A DNA stretch of 24,668 nucleotides from an uncultured Prolixibacteraceae bacterium. GTDB taxonomy: Bacteria; Bacteroidota; Bacteroidia; Bacteroidales; FEN-979. The DNA is taken from contig CAZUYY010000001.1 in the NCBI GenBank assembly GCA_964624935.1, forward strand, positions 5,775 through 30,442. The letters are read 5' to 3'. Both the position numbers and the translations under genes were made by a program. The notes under the pieces were generated by a model. That model was given only the letters and a program-made list of their open reading frames with translations. It was not told where the DNA came from and ran no database searches. Shown piece by piece: positions 18,709-24,668 of this stretch. Within the stretch, counting starts at the first letter, position 1. The number at the start of each line of letters is the position of its first letter.

Positions 18709-18716
18709 TTTTTCAA

Positions 18717-21700
18717 TTATGGCCTTTTTTGAAGGAACACCTTTCCATTGTAAATTCCATCTTTTGTAATTACTTGTACCAAATAATATCCTTCAACTTT
18801 ATTAAGGTTTAATCTGTTCAGGGTTTCGTTGATCAAGGTGCCTTGGTAAAATTCTTTTCCAAGAAGGTCATATACAAAAACCTTTCCTTCCCTTAGAATT
18901 CCATCCTGTGATTTGACGCAGATGTTATCTCCAAAAGAATAGATTTGAACAGGCGGAATATTTTTTGAACCGTTTACCCCAAATGCTGCATCATCAAAAT
19001 GAAGGATAAAACGGGTGGGATCATCACGGGTATCATAGATGAAGGAATATAAAGGATTAAGCCTGAGATCCTGTGTAACATTTAACTTCAGGTCTTCAAG
19101 TGATATCGTTATATTACTGGTGAAGGTTCCGATGCTGTCAGCCTTAAGCATATATTGCCCGTTTAAATCGCAACGGAATCCCATTGGGATCAACATGTTC
19201 TTTTTATCAAATGGTAAAGAATTGCAGGTTACATTGAGGTTGCCGATCCGGGTGTAGAGTTGCGGTGCTTTGCTTAATCCCCAGAGTTTATAAGCATCGT
19301 TTCCTGGATCGTATTCTGATGTTGTATTCGGATCGAAATGAACGGAGATTTTGTCGGTATAATTGTTTACCTGACTATTAACGGTAATTAATAGTCCGTT
19401 GGTAATTGATCTTGCAGGTTTAAGAAAGGCAGCACTGCTGTGCACTCTTGCTGAGGCTGGGATCGTGAACGTGGTATTGCCGGATGGATTATGAATAAAA
19501 AATCCTTGTGTAGCAGGCGCATACTGGTCATGTGTTCCCCAGGCTCCGAATGCAGGGTAAACATCGTAATTTCCTTCAATATTATAGGAATTAGGTGTTG
19601 TATCGGATTGATTCCAGAAATATGCTGTATGTTCAAAAGTTCCCCAATCAATAACTGCAGAAAGATCGACGGCGCTGGGAAAAGGGTTACCGACCAGGTG
19701 CCAGCCTTCGAATGTACCGGACCCATTATTATTGACTATAAAAGTTTGATCTCCTGTGTTCAGATTCCCATTAAATGCATCTGAGGCAGAATTTCCGGAT
19801 GGTTTCCAGCAAGCATATCCCCGCATAACCTGGAGTGGTGTTGTGGTATTTATGATCCATCCGCTCCATCCGCTCAATGTTGAAGGATCGGAAGTCATCA
19901 GATAATCACCTGAAAATATATCTGCAGTAGCATTGCTTACCGGCGATGAAATATAATGCCAGGCATTGGGGGATAAATAACGTTCCATTTTGATTGTGCC
20001 TGAACCTGTAATGCCATGATCAATGAAAGAAGCTGTTCCAGTGACATCGGATTTTAGAATGAGACATTCGGAGCCGTTTAATATCGTGGTTCCTGAGACA
20101 GTCATTCGCTTATTGGATTCAAGAGTAAAGAATTTTCCGTTATTAATGGTCAGTGTTCCATTTATTGTAAGATCTGTGTTGGAAAGTGTCAAGCCTGCTG
20201 CATTATCCACACTAAAATTGTTAACCGCAGCAGGCAGCATGGTTCCGGTAACCTGTACGGAGCTGCCGTTAAATACGTAATTTGATCCCGTATCTAATGT
20301 TTTTGTTCCCGATACAGCAATTGAACCATTAATTCCTGCCGGATTGGCTGTCTTTATTGTTGCACCGTTGTAAATTGTAAATGCACCTGATCCGCTGATT
20401 GATTTTGTGCTACAATCCAGCGAACCGTTGATGGAAAAATTTCTGCCGGATGCTACAGATATATTGTCATCCAATGTGAAAACAGCACCAGAATTGATAG
20501 TCCAGTTGATTTGATCATTAGTCAATGTACCTGCTGAATGAGAGAATACTTTACCAGAACCTGAAAAATTAATTGAGAGGGTTGATGAAGCATTAAGGTT
20601 TGGCGTGAATATTCCCCCCGTTTGAATGTAGGAACCTCCTATGTTTAAAATAAACGTATTTGTTGATGAACCACAATTTGAAAAGTTCAACAATCCTGAG
20701 ATAATATTCAAATCACCATTAATTGTCAGTGTTAAACCGGCATTTCCTGTAAAGCCAAATCCATATAATGAAGAATTATCAATAGTAAAGTTACCTGCAA
20801 TACTGGTTATATTTCCTGCCTGGTTCCATTGGGCACCCGGGCTGTAAGTTATTCTTAAATTACCCCATGATCCACTGATACATGGAATTGACGTTGAAGT
20901 ATTCACCCAATTTCTTATTTCAACCGTACTATTTCCTGAAAGTGCTTCAGTCCCCGAAAATATTGTGACCGTCGAATTATTGTTATGAATATAAGTTCCG
21001 CCGTTATCAATCTGGAATATGGTTGCAGACGATAAGGTCAAGGCATAACTCGCATTAAGAGTCCCGCCATTTTCGATCTGCAGTTTGGAACTGCTACCAG
21101 ATATTGACCATAGAGCTGATGTTGTCATTGTGTGCCCGTTCTGGATTACAAATATTGATCCGCTTGTAAAATCTGACGGAACATTTCCGCTGTTTCCATC
21201 CCTGTTTGAATTCCAGCTTGTCGTAAGATTTGGAGCAAGATTTCCCCTGGAATAATAGCTTGTAGGTGTATATGCTGATGCAGGAACAACCTCTCCGGTA
21301 TTTAATATCAGAGCACCCGCAGGAAAGCTGGTAAAAGTGATTTTTGCTAATTGTGCCGCAGTCAAACCACCGATATTTGTTCCTACAAATATTTTTCCGG
21401 CCGTTCCGCTTGACCCGGCTGTTCCTGTCCAGCCTGTAATTGTCAAAGTTGTTCCAATCCAGGAAATGGCATTACTGGCTGAAAATTTAAGGGAATGAAC
21501 ATTACTCCCCAAGGTAATGGCAGAGTTTGCATAAAGTTGCAATGTTGAAGTACTCGTAATAATTGTGTTCACATCTATATTTATTGTACTCAGCGTGCCA
21601 CCGCTCAACACTACCTGGGAAGCGAATGTAGCTGTCGGGGAAGCTGGATTTAATCTTAACTCACCCTGGTTGATTGTAGTTGTTCCCGAATATTGGTTGG

Positions 21701-22253
21701 CCGGATTTTTCAATATTAATACACCGGTACCGCTGCCACCTTTAGTAAGATTTTTATTACTTCCGCTTATAACTGAACTGATTATGATCCCGCCTGAACC
21801 ATCAATATTTATTATATTATTTGTCACATTACCAAGAACAATCTGCAGTGTGGAACCGGTTGTCCCCTGCAGATCTTTAAGCGTTAACGTTTTACTACTG
21901 TTATTATAGATTATAACATTCGATACACTGTTGATTATTTCTCCATTGATCTGCAGTTTACCTATATTATTATTGTTGCCACCATTACCAATCGAGATAT
22001 CATAGGGGCGGGTAGAAGCAATTTCAATTGCTCCGACCTGTTGGGTGACACTGGTGGATATACTTATAGCTGCAGGATCTGGTGTTGGATTTGAGGTAAA
22101 TACTGCAATTTGTGAACCCGACGGTACGATGCCTCCGGTCCAATTTGTGCCTATTAACCATTCAGATCCTGCAGGTGCAAACCATGGAACCTGACCAGAT
22201 GCTAAATTGCTTATCGTCAAGCAAATAATAAAAAGTAAAATCAAATTTTTCAT
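18717..22253 (-). CDS. Large T9SS type A cargo protein with an autotransporter-associated beta-strand repeat and a G/S/T/N-rich beta-helix-like region
   Basis: 1178 aa with a signal peptide. It carries LTKGGSGTGVLILKNPANQYSGTTTINQGELRL (passenger-associated repeat) and the module ERYLSPNAWHYISSPV...GWHLVGNPFPSAVD...APATQGFFI, common in Bacteroidota T9SS cargo. The CTD reads VQIYSF...VYDLLGKE...GYYLVQV...KVFL. Confidence 0.82.
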   Translation of the reverse strand: MKNLILLFIICLTISNLASGQVPWFAPAGSEWLIGTNWTGGIVPSGSQIAVFTSNPTPDPAAISISTSVTQQVGAIEIASTRPYDISIGNGGNNNNIGKLQINGEIINSVSNVIIYNNSSKTLTLKDLQGTTGSTLQIVLGNVTNNIINIDGSGGIIISSVISGSNKNLTKGGSGTGVLILKNPANQYSGTTTINQGELRLNPASPTATFASQVVLSGGTLSTINIDVNTIITSTSTLQLYANSAITLGSNVHSLKFSASNAISWIGTTLTITGWTGTAGSSGTAGKIFVGTNIGGLTAAQLAKITFTSFPAGALILNTGEVVPASAYTPTSYYSRGNLAPNLTTSWNSNRDGNSGNVPSDFTSGSIFVIQNGHTMTTSALWSISGSSSKLQIENGGTLNASYALTLSSATIFQIDNGGTYIHNNNSTVTIFSGTEALSGNSTVEIRNWVNTSTSIPCISGSWGNLRITYSPGAQWNQAGNITSIAGNFTIDNSSLYGFGFTGNAGLTLTINGDLNIISGLLNFSNCGSSTNTFILNIGGSYIQTGGIFTPNLNASSTLSINFSGSGKVFSHSAGTLTNDQINWTINSGAVFTLDDNISVASGRNFSINGSLDCSTKSISGSGAFTIYNGATIKTANPAGINGSIAVSGTKTLDTGSNYVFNGSSVQVTGTMLPAAVNNFSVDNAAGLTLSNTDLTINGTLTINNGKFFTLESNKRMTVSGTTILNGSECLILKSDVTGTASFIDHGITGSGTIKMERYLSPNAWHYISSPVSNATADIFSGDYLMTSDPSTLSGWSGWIINTTTPLQVMRGYACWKPSGNSASDAFNGNLNTGDQTFIVNNNGSGTFEGWHLVGNPFPSAVDLSAVIDWGTFEHTAYFWNQSDTTPNSYNIEGNYDVYPAFGAWGTHDQYAPATQGFFIHNPSGNTTFTIPASARVHSSAAFLKPARSITNGLLITVNSQVNNYTDKISVHFDPNTTSEYDPGNDAYKLWGLSKAPQLYTRIGNLNVTCNSLPFDKKNMLIPMGFRCDLNGQYMLKADSIGTFTSNITISLEDLKLNVTQDLRLNPLYSFIYDTRDDPTRFILHFDDAAFGVNGSKNIPPVQIYSFGDNICVKSQDGILREGKVFVYDLLGKEFYQGTLINETLNRLNLNKVEGYYLVQVITKDGIYNGKVFLQKRP

Positions 22254-22274
22254 GCCGCCTTTAATTATCAGAAT

Positions 22275-22340
22275 CCTACCCCCAATCCCTCTTTATTCAT
22301 AAGACCCCTCCCCCATCCCCTCCCCCAAAAGAGAGGGGAG
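22275..22340. repeat. C/G-run palindromic element, about 1.5 copies
   Basis: CCTACCCCCAATCCCTCTTT followed by ACCCCTCCCCCATCCCCTCCCCCAAAAGAGAGGGGAG; stem CTCCCC (22320-22325) / GGGGAG (22335-22340). Confidence 0.7.
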
Positions 22341-22412
22341 TTTTGAAAACAATTGTTTAATCGGCTCTGATGCAAAAAGGTAATATGGAGTAAGAATAAA
22401 AATTTAATAATT

Positions 22413-22443
22413 TTATCCACCGATAATTGTTTCAAGTGGATAA
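22413..22443. promoter_or_regulatory. Inverted repeat of DnaA-box-like 8-mers
   Basis: TTATCCAC-N15-GTGGATAA; each half is an 8/9 match to TTATCCACA. Confidence 0.5.
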
Positions 22444-22477
22444 TGTGATTTTTGTCAAACATAGAAAAACCAATAGC

Positions 22478-23038
22478 ATGAATCTAACGCATGACAAGGC
22501 CCTCGAGATCCTGCATCAATATGTAAAGAATGAAAAAATGATCTATCACTGCCTTGCCTCGGAAGCCGTGATGCGATTACTGGCACAACGTCTTGGTGAA
22601 GATGAGGAAAAATGGGGTTTAGCCGGACTACTTCACGATCTCGATGTGGAAACCACCAATGCCGATCCCCTTGTTCATGGCACCCAGACAGAGCTTTTAC
22701 TGAAAGAATTTGAGATAGATCCTGATATACTCGATGCGATCAGGATGCACAATGAGGTTTCAGCAGGAAAAGAACGCAGTACGAAATTCCAGCATGCCCT
22801 GGCAGCCGGTGAAACTATCACGGGGCTGATCTTTGCCACCACCTATGTCTATCCCGACAAAAAAATTGCCAGCGTAAAATCCAAATCCGTAGTTAAGCGG
22901 ATGAAGGAAAAAATGTTTGCTGCTTCGGTGAAACGCGAAAACATCCTCGAATGTGAAAAGATTGGCATCCCGATCGAGGAATTTGCAGCGCTTTCAATAC
23001 AAGCATTGGTACCTATTGCTGAGAGCATAGGACTTTGA
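22478..23038 (+). CDS. HD/HDIG-domain metal-dependent phosphohydrolase
   Basis: Motifs YHCLASEAVMR, WGLAGLLHDLD, H.TQT, AIRMHN and VKRMKEKMFAASVKRENI. ATG 22478 is preferred over TTG 22427. Confidence 0.88.
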   Translation: MNLTHDKALEILHQYVKNEKMIYHCLASEAVMRLLAQRLGEDEEKWGLAGLLHDLDVETTNADPLVHGTQTELLLKEFEIDPDILDAIRMHNEVSAGKERSTKFQHALAAGETITGLIFATTYVYPDKKIASVKSKSVVKRMKEKMFAASVKRENILECEKIGIPIEEFAALSIQALVPIAESIGL

Positions 23039-23042
23039 TAAC

Positions 23043-23077
23043 TGGTGACCTCGTGAATTGGCGAAGTGGCGAGTTAA
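23043..23077 (+). repeat. Octamer array family A
   Basis: TGGTGACC TCGTGAAT TGGCGAAG TGGCGAGT TAA. Confidence 0.88.
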
Positions 23078-23115
23078 AAAATGGCAATATAGCAAGATTG
23101 CAAAATAGTAAAATT
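23078..23115 (+). repeat. Octamer array family B
   Basis: AAAATGGC AATATAGC AAGATTGC AAAATAGT AAAATT. Confidence 0.8.
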
Positions 23116-23116
23116 C

Positions 23117-23150
23117 CTTTGTGATACTTTGTGTGTACTTTCCGGTTAAA
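23117..23150 (+). repeat. CTTTGTG-type 10-11-nt repeat
   Basis: CTTTGTGATA CTTTGTGTGTA CTTTCCGGTTAAA. Confidence 0.55.
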
Positions 23151-23171
23151 TACAGAAAAAATACAAAACAC

Positions 23172-23768
23172 TCAGATCAACGCGATGGCGTAAGACATGG
23201 GGATGATAAAATTCGTTCTTCCCTTATACTCTTTAATCCTTTCAATTGAGGTGGAGCCCTGGGGTTTTACTTTTTGATAGAGTTCTTCATAGTCATGAAA
23301 GAACTGGACAGTATCAAATTTTTGAAATTGTTTCAGTTGAAATTGTTTGAGTGTTTCCCAGCTTTTTATAATTTTTTCTTCTTCGTTACCAATAAATGCC
23401 CATTCTGACCCTGGCAAGTGATCTACAACAATTATATCCGGAGCCATTGTCAGCGCATGTTTTAATGCAATTTCAGGATCTTCCATCTCATGCAGGCAAA
23501 ATTCAAACATGACGAGGTCACCCTGTAAATGACAAAGAGTAAAATCAGAATGAATAAGTGTGAATTTATTCTCCAGACCTGATTTTACAAGGTTATCCTT
23601 CAGCTTATCCAGGGCGTCTTTATCATAGTCAATTGCCAGGACACTTTTTAATTTGTGTCCATAATCAATAATTTGTCCTCCACCTGCACAGACTGTAATA
23701 ATTGTCCGGTTGGTAAATTCATAAAATTCATACAGGTGATTCAGTATTTTGCCGATATCTGTGGCCAT
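23172..23768 (-). CDS. Class I SAM-dependent methyltransferase-like protein
   Basis: Motif I-like IITVCAGGGQ, followed by LAIDYD (motif II acidic residue), IHSDF and FEFCLHEM. ATG 23768 is preferred because the track's TTG start at 23804 overlaps a -7 box. Confidence 0.7.
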   Translation of the reverse strand: MATDIGKILNHLYEFYEFTNRTIITVCAGGGQIIDYGHKLKSVLAIDYDKDALDKLKDNLVKSGLENKFTLIHSDFTLCHLQGDLVMFEFCLHEMEDPEIALKHALTMAPDIIVVDHLPGSEWAFIGNEEEKIIKSWETLKQFQLKQFQKFDTVQFFHDYEELYQKVKPQGSTSIERIKEYKGRTNFIIPMSYAIALI

Positions 23769-23801
23769 AATATTGTTAAGAAGGTTAACATGATCAATTG
23801 T

Positions 23802-23809
23802 CAAATTTA
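23802..23809 (-). promoter_or_regulatory. Putative -7 box for the methyltransferase gene
   Basis: TAAATTTG on the - strand, a perfect match, 33 nt before ATG 23768. Confidence 0.55.
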
Positions 23810-24121
23810 CATTAATTCATAATTTTTCATAAAAATATGAGTCTATTCTGAAAAGTCTTTTATTTCCACGAAGGCAGTAAAAAGCTAAGTTCGCTAATAA
23901 GAATAAGGTTGAAATTGAACATAACTGACCCCCACAGAACATAAAAAAAGAGGCAGGCCAAAGCGTGTAGTTACTTCCACAGCAACGGAAGTTACGACCA
24001 ATGCTATTATCGACTAAAAACTTGCATAACAACCGATTTATCCTTATTATTGTATTAGTTTTACAAGTAGAAGGTACTTTGCCTGCCAATATTGATATTT
24101 CACTATTCGCAAAAGTATTGT

Positions 24122-24668
24122 ATGAAAAAATTATCCTTTTTGACTTGCTTCTCGCTTGTTTCCGCATTTGCTTTTTCACAATGGACATGGCAGAACCCTT
24201 TGCCGCAGGGGAATATGTTAGTATCAGTTTTCTTCCCCGACACCAGTACGGGTTATTCTGTGGGACCTTTTGGGACTATCATAAAAACTATCGACGGAGG
24301 CATTACATGGGCTAATGTTCCAAGCGGAACAACTTATCAATTAAATTCGGTTTTCTTTACGGATGCAAATACCGGGTATGTTGCTGGTGGTAATGGCATC
24401 ATCTTAAAAACCATTAATGGAGGAATGACGTGGACTACATTATGGAATGATACAAATAGTTGGTTAAATTCAATTTATTTTACGGATGCTAATATAGGTT
24501 ATGCTGTTGGCAGTAAAAGTTATACTCCATCTGTTAATGTTGGCATCATCTTAAAAACCATTGATGGAGGTTTGACGTGGAATTATGTTTTGAGCGGGAC
24601 GACTGGTTATGCGTTCGAATCAGTCTGTTTTCCTAATTCCGATACTGGTTATGTCGCTGGTGACCAAG
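24122..24668 (+). CDS. Secreted YCF48/BNR-repeat beta-propeller protein, 3' truncated by the window edge (missing from the ORF track)
   Basis: Translated by hand; open to the end of the window: MKKLSFLTCFSLVSAFAFSQWTWQNPLPQGNMLVSVFFPDTSTGYSVGPFGTIIKTIDGGITW...LNSVFFTDANTGYVAGGNGIILKTINGGMTW...LNSIYFTDANIGYAVG...GIILKTIDGGLTW...SVCFPNSDTGYVAGDQ. Confidence 0.9.
   Translation, partial: MKKLSFLTCFSLVSAFAFSQWTWQNPLPQGNMLVSVFFPDTSTGYSVGPFGTIIKTIDGGITWANVPSGTTYQLNSVFFTDANTGYVAGGNGIILKTINGGMTWTTLWNDTNSWLNSIYFTDANIGYAVGSKSYTPSVNVGIILKTIDGGLTWNYVLSGTTGYAFESVCFPNSDTGYVAGDQ

Noticed and set aside
22268-22462. 64-aa ORF containing SPLFWGRGWGRG
   Set aside because: It is a translation of the palindromic G-run element in a promoter region, with no coding evidence.
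6125-23150. Repeat arrays as CRISPR
   Set aside because: Units are 7-8 nt and directly adjacent, with no unique spacers and no cas genes.
6125-23150. Arrays as DGR template/variable repeats
   Set aside because: No reverse transcriptase and no long TR/VR pair in the window, and variation is not confined to adenines on one strand.
23817-24315. ORFs 23817-24188 (-) and 24001-24315 (+)
   Set aside because: Both overlap the real CDS starting at 24122, which has a signal peptide and repeat motifs in another frame. Neither has recognisable features.
24383-24390. GCTGGTGG (E. coli Chi sequence)
   Set aside because: Single occurrence encoding Ala-Gly-Gly; Chi is lineage-specific and not established as this sequence in Bacteroidota.

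Overview
Bacteroidota (probably Bacteroidales-like) chromosomal segment. The assignment rests on two T9SS C-terminal sorting domains, TAnnTTTG-type -7 promoter boxes and the ftsX-DUF3098-uppP-truB gene order. It holds 15 CDS: a bacterial alpha-2-macroglobulin lacking the CxEQ thioester motif, a DUF3108-like protein, leuS, ftsX, a DUF3098-like protein, uppP, truB, an Asp-box/T9SS protein, a TadA-like deaminase, an acyl-ACP thioesterase, an M28 peptidase, a large T9SS cargo protein, an HD-domain protein, a SAM methyltransferase and a truncated YCF48/BNR-repeat protein. No rRNA, tRNA, CRISPR array, transposase, integrase or reverse transcriptase was recognised. The main signal the genes do not explain is a set of about a dozen short, degenerate 7-nt and 8-nt tandem arrays. 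One octamer family (TGGYGANN, usually ending TGGCGAGT(T)AA) occurs at four loci, always on the + strand whatever the gene orientation. Two intergenic spacers are built almost wholly from abutting arrays of different families, and four arrays lie in frame inside coding sequences (three in the macroglobulin). This suggests a dispersed repeat-insertion process whose enzyme is not encoded in this window; that mechanism is inference. Secondary signals are a G-quadruplex/palindrome and an inverted pair of DnaA-box-like sites in the 22254-22477 spacer.
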